Shown piece by piece: positions 1-11,083 of a stretch of 43,157 nucleotides of DNA. The notes beneath the pieces are model-generated. The model was not told the origin of the DNA and did no database searches. It saw nothing but the letters and a program-made list of their open reading frames with translations. The stretch lies in sequence record SRR20825006_2093. One strand, written 5' to 3'. The translations under genes were made by a program, and so were the position numbers. Position 1 is the stretch's first letter. The number at the start of each line of letters is the position of its first letter.

Positions 1-803
<803 letters not shown>

Positions 804-1018
804 TTAATCCTGAGGACCCCGGCCCGCAAGGGGAGGGCGAGGGTAATTCTGACGCACGGGCCTCAAGGGCCGACCTCAAAGCCTTTCTGAGGCCTTAACA
901 ACATTCCCAAAAATCACCTGCGCGCTTGGGCCAGACTATTAGCCTTGTTTTGGCATGATGCAGGATTATGCAACCCAGTCGAAAGGCGGTCCCGAAAAGG
1001 GATCAGTGATACGGAGCC

Positions 1019-1330
1019 ATGAGCATTTCATCGAGTATGGACCTGTTGAATCGGGTTCTGGACAAGGTCGCCGAAGTGGCCAATGAGGCCTATCTCGAAT
1101 TCTCACGTTGGGTAGATCGTCTCGACGACATGGAGAAGCTGTTCTTCATGGTCGTGTTCATTCTGATATTGTTCATGCTGATCCTGGTGCGGGCAGGGCG
1201 TCGCAAGGCCGACCCGGCACGGGGGCGATCCTTCGTCTCGTCGATCGTCCTGGTGATGCTGTTCAGCTTCGGTGCGGGATGGATGATTGATTCCCGGTTT
1301 GACGTTCAGGATGTAATCAACTTCTTCTGA
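1019..1330 (+). CDS. hypothetical small membrane protein (2 predicted TM helices)
   Basis: 103 aa. SD GGAG sits just before ATG. Two hydrophobic stretches (LFFMVVFILILFMLILV; FVSSIVLVMLFSFGAGWMI) are separated by a basic loop. Confidence 0.75.
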   Translation: MSISSSMDLLNRVLDKVAEVANEAYLEFSRWVDRLDDMEKLFFMVVFILILFMLILVRAGRRKADPARGRSFVSSIVLVMLFSFGAGWMIDSRFDVQDVINFF

Positions 1331-1369
1331 GGCTCGCATCCCCGGCCAAGCCGGACTATCTGTTGAGGC

Positions 1370-3244
1370 ATGAACCCGACTGATTCCGGCGCAGCGTCCC
1401 TACGGGGCATTGACGTCATCAAGGACAATCTCAAACGACTGCCTGCAAAGCCGGGCGTCTATCGCATGTTCGGTGAGCATGACGATGTCCTGTATGTGGG
1501 CAAGGCGCGCGACCTGAAGGCGCGGGTCTCGAACTATGCGCGGCTCGGCGGTCATACCCAGCGGATCGCCCGCATGATCTCCATGACCAAGCGGATGGAG
1601 TTCGTGGTCACCGAGACGGAGACCGAAGCGCTGCTGCTGGAAGCAAGTCTCATCAAGAGCCTTAAGCCGCGTTTCAACGTATTGCTGCGTGACGACAAAT
1701 CGTTTCCCTACATCCTGATCCGCCGGGACCATGAAGCGCCCCAGATCAAGAAGTATCGCGGGTCCAAGATGGATCAGGGCGACTATTTCGGTCCGTTCGC
1801 CAGTGCCGGGTCTGTCATGCGGACGCTGGACACATTGCAGAAAGCCTTCCTGCTGCGCACCTGTGAGGACAGTGTCTACAGTGTGCGCACGCGGCCCTGC
1901 ATGTTGCACCAGATCAAGCGCTGTGCGGCGCCCTGCGTCGGGCTGATCGAGACCGAGGACTATCAGGCCCTTGCCGATCAGGCGGCAGACTTCCTGCGCG
2001 GAAAGGGGGCCGACCTGCAAAAGCGCCTCGCCGCCGATATGGAAGCGGCGGCAGATGACATGGAATTCGAACGTGCGGCGCGGCTGCGCGACCGGATCCG
2101 GGCGCTGGCCCATGTGCGTGCCAGTCAGGATGTGAACCCGGAAGACATCGAAGAGGCAGATGTGTTCGCCATCGAGATGGATGGCGGGGTCTCCTGTGTG
2201 CAGGTCTTCTTCATCCGGGCGGGACAGAACTGGGGGGCGACCGCGCACTATCCACGCCATGAGCGTGAGCAGGCACCGGAAGAAGTGCTGTCGGCCTTCC
2301 TCGTGCAATTCTATGACAAGCGCCCGCCGCCAAAGCTGATCCTTGTGAACAAATTACCGGACCAGGCCGAACTGATCGCTGACGCGCTTGAGCTGAAAGC
2401 CGGGCGCAAGGTGGAAGTGCGTCGTCCCGAACGGGGCAGCAAGAAGGACCTTGTCACCCAGGCCGCACGCAATGCAGGGGAAGCCCTGTCGCGCAAGCTG
2501 GCCGAGACGGCCAGCCAGACGCGCCTGCTGGCCGAAGTGGCGAAAGTGTTCGAGCTGGAGACTCCTCCGGAGCGTATCGAGATCTACGACAATTCTCACA
2601 TTCAGGGCACAAACGCCGTGGGCGGAATGGTGGTTGCCGGTCCGGAAGGCTTCGTCAAGAACGCGTATCGCAAGTTCAATATCAAGGATACGAGCATCGA
2701 GCCGGGCGATGATTACGGCATGATGCGCGAGGTGATGCGACGGCGATTTTCCCGCGCCCTGAAAGAGCGCGAAGAGGGCAATGGCGCAAACTGGCCAGAC
2801 CTTGTTCTGATTGATGGTGGGTTGGGGCAATTGAACGCCGTGATCGAGGCGTTGGCCGGAATTGGTGTGACCCCGGAAGATGTGAACCTTGTCTCCATCG
2901 CCAAGGGCGTGGACCGGAATGCCGGACGGGAACAATTCTTCCGGCCGGGCCGCGCGCCCTTCAAGCTGCCGGAAACCGCCCCAGTGCTCTATTACCTTCA
3001 GCGCCTGCGCGACGAGGCCCATCGCTGGGCGATTGGCGCGCACCGGGCAAAACGCTCTGCTGCAATCAAGGCCTCACCCTTGGACGAGATCGAAGGGGTC
3101 GGTCCGACGCGGAAGAAAGCTCTGCTTCACCATTTCGGATCGGCCAAGGGCGTTTCGCGCGCGAAGGTCGCCGACTTGATGGAAGTGGACGGCGTCAACG
3201 AAGCTTTGGCCGAACGCATTTGGGGCCATTTCAATAGCGGCTAA
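1370..3244 (+). CDS. uvrC: excinuclease ABC subunit C
   Basis: GIY-YIG domain (PGVYRM...LYVGKA), Cys cluster, UVR domain, RNase H-like domain ([17 protein letters not shown]) and C-terminal HhH (IEGVGP). Confidence 0.98.
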   Translation: MNPTDSGAASLRGIDVIKDNLKRLPAKPGVYRMFGEHDDVLYVGKARDLKARVSNYARLGGHTQRIARMISMTKRMEFVVTETETEALLLEASLIKSLKPRFNVLLRDDKSFPYILIRRDHEAPQIKKYRGSKMDQGDYFGPFASAGSVMRTLDTLQKAFLLRTCEDSVYSVRTRPCMLHQIKRCAAPCVGLIETEDYQALADQAADFLRGKGADLQKRLAADMEAAADDMEFERAARLRDRIRALAHVRASQDVNPEDIEEADVFAIEMDGGVSCVQVFFIRAGQNWGATAHYPRHEREQAPEEVLSAFLVQFYDKRPPPKLILVNKLPDQAELIADALELKAGRKVEVRRPERGSKKDLVTQAARNAGEALSRKLAETASQTRLLAEVAKVFELETPPERIEIYDNSHIQGTNAVGGMVVAGPEGFVKNAYRKFNIKDTSIEPGDDYGMMREVMRRRFSRALKEREEGNGANWPDLVLIDGGLGQLNAVIEALAGIGVTPEDVNLVSIAKGVDRNAGREQFFRPGRAPFKLPETAPVLYYLQRLRDEAHRWAIGAHRAKRSAAIKASPLDEIEGVGPTRKKALLHHFGSAKGVSRAKVADLMEVDGVNEALAERIWGHFNSG

Positions 3245-3852
3245 GCTGACCGCGCAGTGGTGCGTGTCATCAGGCTTTCGATATAGCTTTCCACCAGATG
3301 GACGAGTTCATCTTCCAGAATGTTCGCATCGAGTTCCAATTCCGGTTCTGCGGCAGCCGCTCTCAGCAATTGCACGACAGTGTGTGTCAGGATGAAAGCC
3401 GCTTCCCGGCCGTGGGGGAAATCGAAACTTTGCTGCCCACTGATGGATTCAAGGAAGGCAAAATGCTGACGGCTCATGACATCGCTGCCGCCAGAGCGAA
3501 ACAGGACGTCTGAGAGGATGAGCCGTGTTTGAGGCGAACCTGTGGGGCCATGCATCAGTGCCCGGATGACAGCACGTACGGGTGATGTCTCAGGGGAATC
3601 CAGAACAATCTTCGTGATCATTTTGCGGACATTGTCGCTTTGGCGCTGACTGAGCGCAAAGAGGATGGCTTCCCGGTCGGCAAAATACTGGTAGAGCGTG
3701 CCAATACTGACGCCAGCGCGCTCAGCGATGTGGTTTGTGGTTAAATTTGTGAGACCATCCGATTCCAAAAGCTGAAACGTTGCTTCCAGAATGGCTTCCA
3801 CCGTTGCCTGAGCTCGGGCTTGCCTTGGTTTTCTTCTATTTTTTTCAGTCAC
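3241..3852 (-). CDS. TetR/AcrR family transcriptional regulator
   Basis: N-terminal [17 protein letters not shown]...[20 protein letters not shown]. Confidence 0.93.
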   Translation of the reverse strand: MTEKNRRKPRQARAQATVEAILEATFQLLESDGLTNLTTNHIAERAGVSIGTLYQYFADREAILFALSQRQSDNVRKMITKIVLDSPETSPVRAVIRALMHGPTGSPQTRLILSDVLFRSGGSDVMSRQHFAFLESISGQQSFDFPHGREAAFILTHTVVQLLRAAAAEPELELDANILEDELVHLVESYIESLMTRTTARSA

Positions 3853-3890
3853 TTGTGCATTCCGATTTGCTTGACCCTGCGTACATCCTG

Positions 3891-3922
3891 ATGCGAGTGG
3901 AATATCTGAGCTTTGCTTACAT
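3891..3922. promoter_or_regulatory. putative TetR operator (imperfect inverted repeat)
   Basis: ATGCGAGT-N16-GCTTACAT in the divergent tetR/oxygenase spacer. Confidence 0.35.
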
Positions 3923-3964
3923 TATAGGGCGGCGACTGCCAAGAACACTACAGGAGGCGTTTGA

Positions 3965-5287
3965 ATGCATCCCTCGCTCGCGCAGGTTCACGACCGGATT
4001 GAGCTGCAGAAATCAGCCTTGCCTCAAATGTATGGCGATGTCGATTTCACGCAGACACCAGAACGCTACACTCAGGATGTAGCGGAAAGTTCACTGCCGC
4101 CATCGCTGCACAATATGGCGCCGCCTCCAGCGGATATGGTTGCGCGGGTCAAGGCCTATACGATGTTGGGGGATGTGACGGCTGATGCCTATGCGGCCCT
4201 GATGGGTGAGTATGGTTTCAGGCGGCTCGTGGATATGTTGACGACGGCCTGCGATGAGGGGCTGGAAGCTGTGCCCGATGCGCCGCCGGAACTGGTGGCC
4301 CTGATCACGGAAATGGAAACCAGGCCGGACTGGTTGGACATGGGCATGGTGCGGAAGGGCGCGGCGTTGAACCGCCTCCCCATGGCGGTGACGTCTCCGT
4401 GGATGATCCGGGGGGCGTTCCTTGCAACCTTCATGAACAAGTATACCGCGCTGCCCATGGCGATTACGGGCACGCTCGGCTACTCGACGTCTGCGCGCCG
4501 CGTCAACGAGACGGCGACTTTCTTTACGGTGACCACGCTGCCCGGTGCGCTGGAGCCGCGTGGCGAGGGCTTCAAGGCCGCTGCCATGGTGCGGCTGATG
4601 CATTCCATGGTCCGGTTCAACATCCTGCGCAAGATGAAAAGCTGGGACGTGTCCGTGTACGGCATTCCGGTGCCACAAGTCGACCAGATGCCAGCTGGCC
4701 TGATCGATGTGTTCCTGCTCGCCTACCAGATGTTGGATGAGGGGCGTACCGAGTTCACTGCGGATGAGCGCGCCCGTGTCGAGTTCAGCCGCTATCGCTG
4801 TTACCTGCTCGGCCTGCCGGAAGATTTGCTGATGGACACGCCGCAGGGCATTGTTGACATCATGAATGCCCGGGGCGCGTCCATCCGCCAGGGCTTTGAC
4901 GACGAGACTTGTGGCACACTGGTGCGCGCCACGCTGGAGGCGTATTTGCCACCAGACCGCAAGCTCGGTCACCGCATATTCAACGCACTGGAAAAGCGGC
5001 TCGCGCGGCTGGTCCTGGTGAAACACTTTCTTGGCGGTGACAGCCAGAAAGCGCGTGAGATTGGCGTGCCAGTCGGGCCGCTGGACTATGCGGTGGCGAT
5101 GGGCCTGTTCCCTTACATCTCGGCCAAGATGGCACTGTACCGGTTTGCCCTTTCCGTGCCCGGATTACGCGGCATTGCGGATCGGCGACTGACGGCGCGT
5201 ATCCGCAAGTTGCTGAAACGCTACGGCCATGCCGAGTTCACATCAGATGCTGAAGCTTACCGTCCTGCAGTCCCCGTGGCTGCATGA
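3965..5287 (+). CDS. DUF2236 / MpaB-Lcp-like (rubber oxygenase catalytic domain family) protein
   Basis: Motifs PDWLD, RRVNETATF, VRLMHSMVR (heme-His motif of the family), GIPVPQVDQ and YLLGLPEDL. SD AGGAGG. No signal peptide is evident. Confidence 0.8.
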   Translation: MHPSLAQVHDRIELQKSALPQMYGDVDFTQTPERYTQDVAESSLPPSLHNMAPPPADMVARVKAYTMLGDVTADAYAALMGEYGFRRLVDMLTTACDEGLEAVPDAPPELVALITEMETRPDWLDMGMVRKGAALNRLPMAVTSPWMIRGAFLATFMNKYTALPMAITGTLGYSTSARRVNETATFFTVTTLPGALEPRGEGFKAAAMVRLMHSMVRFNILRKMKSWDVSVYGIPVPQVDQMPAGLIDVFLLAYQMLDEGRTEFTADERARVEFSRYRCYLLGLPEDLLMDTPQGIVDIMNARGASIRQGFDDETCGTLVRATLEAYLPPDRKLGHRIFNALEKRLARLVLVKHFLGGDSQKAREIGVPVGPLDYAVAMGLFPYISAKMALYRFALSVPGLRGIADRRLTARIRKLLKRYGHAEFTSDAEAYRPAVPVAA

Positions 5288-5300
5288 CGGTGGGAGGGGA

Positions 5301-5352
5301 GTTTGGTGCCCCCCGAGGGACCCGGGTGGGCGGGGGGCATCAAACGTTTTTT
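5301..5352. terminator. long hairpin / likely intrinsic terminator between convergent genes
   Basis: GTTTGGTGCCCCCCG (5301-5315) pairs with CGGGGGGCATCAAAC (5331-5345) with one G-U pair, followed by a T run on the + strand. Confidence 0.7.
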
Positions 5353-6844
5353 AGTCCCCACTATCCATTGCCACAATGATCTGGGCATAGCCTTCCGACA
5401 GGCGTTTCATGTTCTCGACCGCGAGACGTTCATTGGTGCCGTGAAAGCCTGAAAGGTCGGTCGGGTTCAGCACGGACGGCGCGAAGCGGTAGACGCTGTC
5501 GGTGATGGCGCTGGCATAGCGGGCATCCGTGGCACCCAGCACCAGGCCGGGTGCAACTGCGGCGCCGCCGCCTTGCGCTTCGGCTACGCTGGCGAGCACG
5601 GCATAGGCCTTGTTGTCGGTAGGCGAGACTGGCGATGCTTCGCTGCCGCTGATGCCGCCGTCGGAGACCGTCACCTTAATCCCCTTGATGTCAGACGTGA
5701 CGTCTTTCACGTGTTTGATCACGTCCTCGACCGTATTGTTCGGGTGCACACGGAAATTCACGGTCGCCATGGCACGCTGGGCCAGAACATTTTCCTTGGC
5801 GGAGCCGGCCAGCATGGTGGGCGCCGTGGTCGTGCGGATCATGGCATTGCCGGCCGGGATATCGGCCATGGCGGAATCCACGCTGCCTGCGAACAGCCAG
5901 AGATTGGCAAAGGCCATCTTCTGCATGAAGGGCAGGTCCGGGGCGGAGACGCGGAAAAGATCAGACACCGGAGGTTTGGAAAAGTCGGCTGGCATCTGAT
6001 TCTCATCCAGCGCAACAATGGCGCGAGCGAGACGGACCGCAGCAGAGTCGCGTGGCGGTGTGGATGAATGCCCGCCCTCGGCCAGCGCGGTCAGGGTGAG
6101 CGTCAGATAGCCTTTCTCGGAGACGCCGATATAGGCCATTGGCTTTCCGGTCAGCGGGGAAGGGTCAATAATCGCAAAGCCTTCGTCCAGTGCCATGACC
6201 GGCGAGATGCCGCGTGATTTCAGCAGGGCGATACCAGCCTCGGCACCATTGCCGAGCACTTCCTCGTCATGGCCAAACATGATGAGGACGGTGCGCTTGG
6301 GCTGGAACTCGTTTGCGGCGAGCGCGTCAGCCGCTTCCATCAGGGCGACGAGGCTGCCCTTGTCGTCAAGCGCGCCGCGACCATAGACATAGCCGTCGAC
6401 GATCTCGCCTGCGAAGGGCGCGCCGGTCCAGTCGTCCTCAGTGCCGATGTTCACCGGTACGACGTCCTGGTGGGCCATCAGCAGCAACGGGTCGAGCGAG
6501 GGATCTGATCCTTCCCATGTGTAGAGCAAGGACAGGGTACCGGGCACGAGTTCACGGCTCATGGCGGCGTGCGCGGCGGGATAGGTCGTCTCCAACCAGT
6601 CATGCAATTCCAGCCACGGGCCTTCCTGACCGACGCGCGGGTCGCCGGAAGCGACCGTGATCGTGCGGAACTGGATGGCTTCGCTCAGATGGCTTGCGGC
6701 GCGATCTGCGGAGACTTCGGGCACAGGGGGAAGCTCTACGCGTTCGCCCGTCGCCGCGCCGCCATATGTGAATGTGCGGAACAGGATCACCGCCACCAGA
6801 AGCACAATGAGCGCGACGACCCCGAACAAGATTTTCTTCAGCAT
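5351..6844 (-). CDS. M20 family metallopeptidase (CPS1/PM20D1-like), N-terminal membrane anchor
   Basis: Motifs AHQDVVP, GRGALDDKG, GHDEEV, DEG, EKG, GGHSS, GATD and FHG. Start placed at MLKK (6844) after SD GGAGG. Confidence 0.92.
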   Translation of the reverse strand: MLKKILFGVVALIVLLVAVILFRTFTYGGAATGERVELPPVPEVSADRAASHLSEAIQFRTITVASGDPRVGQEGPWLELHDWLETTYPAAHAAMSRELVPGTLSLLYTWEGSDPSLDPLLLMAHQDVVPVNIGTEDDWTGAPFAGEIVDGYVYGRGALDDKGSLVALMEAADALAANEFQPKRTVLIMFGHDEEVLGNGAEAGIALLKSRGISPVMALDEGFAIIDPSPLTGKPMAYIGVSEKGYLTLTLTALAEGGHSSTPPRDSAAVRLARAIVALDENQMPADFSKPPVSDLFRVSAPDLPFMQKMAFANLWLFAGSVDSAMADIPAGNAMIRTTTAPTMLAGSAKENVLAQRAMATVNFRVHPNNTVEDVIKHVKDVTSDIKGIKVTVSDGGISGSEASPVSPTDNKAYAVLASVAEAQGGGAAVAPGLVLGATDARYASAITDSVYRFAPSVLNPTDLSGFHGTNERLAVENMKRLSEGYAQIIVAMDSGD

Positions 6845-6964
6845 TGGCCCATTTCCTCCCGGCACATCTTTTATCCGGTGTCAGGCCCGACCGGCGCGAC
6901 GTCAACCGTTCCGGCAATAAAAAAATGACTTGGCCGTCACGTTTTTACCGGGCAGGCTGCGCAC

Positions 6965-8335
6965 ATGACTGACGCAAGTGGCCCGCGCCTGTCCCTACCG
7001 AGAGTACTCGCCTTTTCCTCACTCAGCGTCCCGCTGGCGGGGGTGGGGTTGCCGTTGGCCGTGTATCTTGCACCGCTTTATGCGAACGAGGTGGGGCTGG
7101 GGCTGGAGCTGACAGGATTCCTGTTCATGGTGCTCCGCTTCTGGGACATCCTGACCGACCCGGTGATGGGCTTCGTGGTTGACCGATACCGTAGCCCGTG
7201 GGGCCGTGTGCGCCATTGGATCGTACTGAGCGTGCCGATACTGGGGCTGGCGACCTATTTCATCTACATGCCGGAGCGCGGCGCGGGGCCGGGCTATTTC
7301 GTGGTCTGGATGCTGCTCTTCTATGTCGGTTTCACCCTGTTGCAGACCGCGCGGTCTGCGTGGGTGCCCGCCATTGCGACCGACTATGATGATCGCTCCC
7401 GCTTCTTCACATGGGCAGAAGTGCTCAGCATCATTTCGATGCTGGCCTTGCTGGCTGTGCCAGCGATCCTCGCTGCAGCTGGTGTCGAAGTGGACCGGTT
7501 CGGGCAAGTCGAGGTAATGGGCTGGGCGCTGCTTATCTCCCTGCCGATCGTGGCCTTCCTCGCCTGCACCTTCGTGCCGGACAGGCCTATGCGCGGCGAC
7601 AAGGGCGAAGCAGCCAAGTTTGATCTGAAAGCCATGATCGCGGCGCTCAGGAACAGGTTTCTCGGCGTTGTCCTGTCCATGGAGCTGCTGGTCGGGACGG
7701 CCGTGGCCATTACGGCGTCAAACTATCTGTTCGTGGCAGAATACGTCTTTGGCTTGTCGGATTCCATGTCCAGCGTCGTGCTGATGATCTTCTTTTCTAC
7801 GGCTGTTGCAGCGTTGCCCTTCTGGCTCAAATTCTCGGCGCGGACAGAGAAGAACACCGCTTTTCTGTGTGCGGTGATCATGGGGATGTCGAGCTATGTG
7901 ATCTACTATCTTGCCGGACGTCTCGGCGGAGGTTTCTGGGCGCTTCTGATCGGCGCGCTGGTCAATGGTGCCGCCTTCAGCGCCCCGGTTGTTATCGCGC
8001 GCTCCATGGCGGCCGATGTGGTGGAGTATCAGGCAGCGAAAACCGGGGAAAACCGCGCCGGGATCTACTATTCCCTCCTGACAAGTGCCTACAAGATCGG
8101 CAGCAGCCTGGCGTTCGGTGTTGGCTATTTCGTGCTGGGACGGGTGGCCGGGTTCCGGCCGGGTGCGGAGAACTCCCCCGAAGCCCTGCATGGCCTCCTT
8201 CTGGTATTCTGTGTGTTGCCGGTGATCCTGTACGGCCTCGCGGCGCTTGTCGCATCGCGCTACACGCTGACCCGCGCCATGCAGCGGGATATCAGCAAGA
8301 GCCTGGACCCGCGCGGGCCGGAAATGCTGGACTAG
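6965..8335 (+). CDS. MFS transporter, glycoside-pentoside-hexuronide (MelB/MFS_2-like) family
   Basis: About 12 hydrophobic segments. Motifs RFWDILTDPVMG, GRVRHW, SMAADVVEY...TGENRAGIYYS...KIG. Confidence 0.9.
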   Translation: MTDASGPRLSLPRVLAFSSLSVPLAGVGLPLAVYLAPLYANEVGLGLELTGFLFMVLRFWDILTDPVMGFVVDRYRSPWGRVRHWIVLSVPILGLATYFIYMPERGAGPGYFVVWMLLFYVGFTLLQTARSAWVPAIATDYDDRSRFFTWAEVLSIISMLALLAVPAILAAAGVEVDRFGQVEVMGWALLISLPIVAFLACTFVPDRPMRGDKGEAAKFDLKAMIAALRNRFLGVVLSMELLVGTAVAITASNYLFVAEYVFGLSDSMSSVVLMIFFSTAVAALPFWLKFSARTEKNTAFLCAVIMGMSSYVIYYLAGRLGGGFWALLIGALVNGAAFSAPVVIARSMAADVVEYQAAKTGENRAGIYYSLLTSAYKIGSSLAFGVGYFVLGRVAGFRPGAENSPEALHGLLLVFCVLPVILYGLAALVASRYTLTRAMQRDISKSLDPRGPEMLD

Positions 8336-8943
8336 AAGCCGCCGCCTTCTGCCAGCCACTCGGCTTCTTCCGCGGTTGTCTCACGCCCAAGCGCCTTGTT
8401 CCGGTGCGGGAACCGACCAAAATCCTGAATCACCTTCAAGTGCTGGTGCGCATAATCCAGCGTGCTTTTCGCGAAATCCTTGAACTCCGGACGCGCATCC
8501 GCGACCAGCTCTTCGAACATTTCGACGCAATGTTTCTGGTCTTCCAGGGATTCCGAATGTTCCAGTGGCAGGCAGAGAAAAACGCGCTCTGTTTCGCTGA
8601 GGGATTCGTGCTCATTCAGCGCGAGGCCGTCCTTGCACATACGAAGGGCAAGCGAGTCCTGATGGAATGCGCGAGCGTCTCCCCGGAACAGGTTGCGGCT
8701 GAACTGGTCAAGCACAATGATTGCGGCCAACCGTCCGCGCGGGCCCTCGGCCGCCCAATCATCGGCGAAGGGCATGTGCGAAGCATCGTCCAGCAGGCCC
8801 AGGAACCGATCCCGAATTTCGGCATCGGTCTCGTCCGATTTGCCGAACCAGAGCTTGTGCTTTTCCTTCAGGTTTTCGGCAGAATGGCGCGTATCGCCGA
8901 TCCAATAGGCCAGCACATCTTCGGGGGTGGGTATTTTCGTCAT
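8332..8943 (-). CDS. DUF924 family protein
   Basis: Motifs [26 protein letters not shown] and [16 protein letters not shown]. Confidence 0.93.
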   Translation of the reverse strand: MTKIPTPEDVLAYWIGDTRHSAENLKEKHKLWFGKSDETDAEIRDRFLGLLDDASHMPFADDWAAEGPRGRLAAIIVLDQFSRNLFRGDARAFHQDSLALRMCKDGLALNEHESLSETERVFLCLPLEHSESLEDQKHCVEMFEELVADARPEFKDFAKSTLDYAHQHLKVIQDFGRFPHRNKALGRETTAEEAEWLAEGGGF

Positions 8944-9716
8944 TCGGCAGGTCTCCGGGCCACGATCATGTAGTTCACCTTGGTATCGCCGGAGAGCTTC
9001 CAGCTGTCGGCCAGCGGATTGTAGGAGACACCAATGGCCGGTTCGGTGACGAGGCCTGCGGCTGTGAGTCCGGCATCGGCCTCGTCCGGCGTCACGAATT
9101 TCGACCAGTCATGTGTGCCGCGCGGCAACCAGCCCAGCACGTACTCGGCACCGATCACGGCGGTCGCCAGCGCCTTGGCGGTGCGATTCAGTGTGGCGAC
9201 AATCATCAGGCCGCCCGGCTTCACGAGACCGCCCGTATCTTTCAGGAACTGGTGCGGGTCAGCGACATGTTCGACAACTTCCAGATTGAGCACGATGTCG
9301 AACAGGGGCTCTCCGCTTTCAATCAGGCCTTCGGCTGTGCCTGCGCGATAGTCGATGTCGAGGCCTAGTTCGCTGGCATGCGTCATCGCTGTCTTGATGT
9401 TGGCCTCCGAGGCATCAACGCCGGTGACCGACGCGCCCAGCCGTTTCATCGGCTCGCAGACGAGCCCGCCGCCGCACCCGATATCGAGCAGTCTCAGGCC
9501 GTCCAGCGGGCGTTTGGCCTCCGGTGCAATCCCGAAATGCTTCTCTGCCTGGTCACGGATGAAGCGCAGGCGCACAGGGTTGAATTTGTGAAGCGGCCGA
9601 AACTTGCCGCGGGGATTCCACCAATCTGCAGCCATCGCTGAGAACTTGGCAACTTCGTCCGGATCGATGCTGGGTGTGGCAGGCGCGTGGTCTGCCGTGT
9701 CTTTTGCTACTGTCAT
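8940..9716 (-). CDS. ubiG: ubiquinone biosynthesis O-methyltransferase
   Basis: [30 protein letters not shown] (SAM binding), LEVVEHV and LPRGTHDW. Confidence 0.97.
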   Translation of the reverse strand: MTVAKDTADHAPATPSIDPDEVAKFSAMAADWWNPRGKFRPLHKFNPVRLRFIRDQAEKHFGIAPEAKRPLDGLRLLDIGCGGGLVCEPMKRLGASVTGVDASEANIKTAMTHASELGLDIDYRAGTAEGLIESGEPLFDIVLNLEVVEHVADPHQFLKDTGGLVKPGGLMIVATLNRTAKALATAVIGAEYVLGWLPRGTHDWSKFVTPDEADAGLTAAGLVTEPAIGVSYNPLADSWKLSGDTKVNYMIVARRPAE

Positions 9717-9809
9717 AGTTCAAGAAACCTGTTTGATCCGGGCGTGAACACCCCCTATGAGGGCGAATATAGTGGGATATCCCAAGAAAACGACAGGATA
9801 TGGGGCGAA

Positions 9810-11057
9810 ATGGCGCGCACGGTTCTGAAATTTGGCGGCACATCCGTAGCTGACCTTGATCGCATTGCGAATGTGGCGGACATCGTCGCCGCACGTGCGG
9901 AAAAAGGCGAGCGCATGGCGGTGGTTGTGTCCGCAATGTCGGGCGAGACCAACAAGCTGGTGGGCTATGCCGAAGGCGCTGCGGGCGATGCCCTTCCGCG
10001 CGAACAGTTTGATGATGAGTATGATGTGGTCGTGGCCTCGGGTGAGCAGGTGACGGCAGGTCTTCTCGCATTGGCGTTGCGCCGGCGGGGCCTGAAGGCG
10101 CGGAGCTGGCTCGGATGGCAATTGCGGCTGAAGACAAACAAGAGCCATGGCCGCGCGCGGATCATGGGCTTTGATGATTCCACGCTGCCGGACGCGATTG
10201 ATGCCGGCGAGATTGCCGTCATCGCTGGATTCCAGGGTGTGACCGACGATGACCGTGTGGCCACGCTTGGCCGGGGCGGTTCGGATACCAGCGCCGTGGC
10301 GGTTGCCGCCGCGCTTGAGGCAAGTGTGTGCGACATCTACACAGATGTGGACGGCGTCTACACCACCGATCCCCGGATTGTGCCCAAGGCGCAGCGGATC
10401 GAGAAAATCTCGTTTGAGGAGATGCTGGAACTGGCATCCCTCGGCGCCAAGGTTCTGCAGACCCGGTCTGTCGAGATGGCGATGAATCACAATGTGCCCG
10501 TAAGGGTTCTGTCCAGTTTCCTGAAGCCGGGCGAGCCGAACCCCGGAACCATTGTCTGCTCAGAGGAAGAAATCGTGGAAAAACAGGTTGTCAGCGGCGT
10601 TGCCTATTCCCGGGATGAAGCCAAGGTCACGCTCTATGGAGTACCGGACAAGCCGGGTATCTCCGCCAAGATCTTCTCGGCCCTCGCCCGCGCCGGGGTG
10701 AATGTGGACATGATCGTCCAGGCGCAGGCGCGCGGGCCGGAACAGGCCAACATGGTATTCACCTGCACCGACCGGGACAGCCCCATTGCACGCGACACAC
10801 TTGAGAGCATGCATGAGGAAATTGGCTATGAGCGCCTCGAAGTTGTGCGCGACGTGTCGAAAATTTCCATCGTTGGTGTTGGCATGCGTAGCCATACCGG
10901 CGTCGCAGAGACAATGTTCAAGGCTTTGTACGAGAAGGGCATCAATATTGACGTGATCTCTACTTCGGAGATCAAGATTTCAGTACTGATTGGAGATGCC
11001 TATACTGAGTTGGCCGTTCGGGCCCTCCATACGGCATTCGGCCTTGACGCTGCCTGA
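9810..11057 (+). CDS. lysC: aspartate kinase (415 aa from ATG 9810)
   Basis: VLKFGGTSV, VVSAM, TLGRGGSDTSA, TDVDGVYTTDP and two ACT domains ending ISTSEIKIS. Confidence 0.97.
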   Translation: MARTVLKFGGTSVADLDRIANVADIVAARAEKGERMAVVVSAMSGETNKLVGYAEGAAGDALPREQFDDEYDVVVASGEQVTAGLLALALRRRGLKARSWLGWQLRLKTNKSHGRARIMGFDDSTLPDAIDAGEIAVIAGFQGVTDDDRVATLGRGGSDTSAVAVAAALEASVCDIYTDVDGVYTTDPRIVPKAQRIEKISFEEMLELASLGAKVLQTRSVEMAMNHNVPVRVLSSFLKPGEPNPGTIVCSEEEIVEKQVVSGVAYSRDEAKVTLYGVPDKPGISAKIFSALARAGVNVDMIVQAQARGPEQANMVFTCTDRDSPIARDTLESMHEEIGYERLEVVRDVSKISIVGVGMRSHTGVAETMFKALYEKGINIDVISTSEIKISVLIGDAYTELAVRALHTAFGLDAA

Positions 11058-11083
11058 TAGAGGCTGCGACATACGGGCTGACC

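Noticed and set aside
9687..9809. 41-aa N-terminal extension of aspartate kinase (likewise the extended starts for greA, the DMT gene, ynbE and the M23 gene)
   Set aside because: Family-like sequence begins at a downstream ATG in each case. The extensions run into neighbouring genes or intergenic promoter regions.
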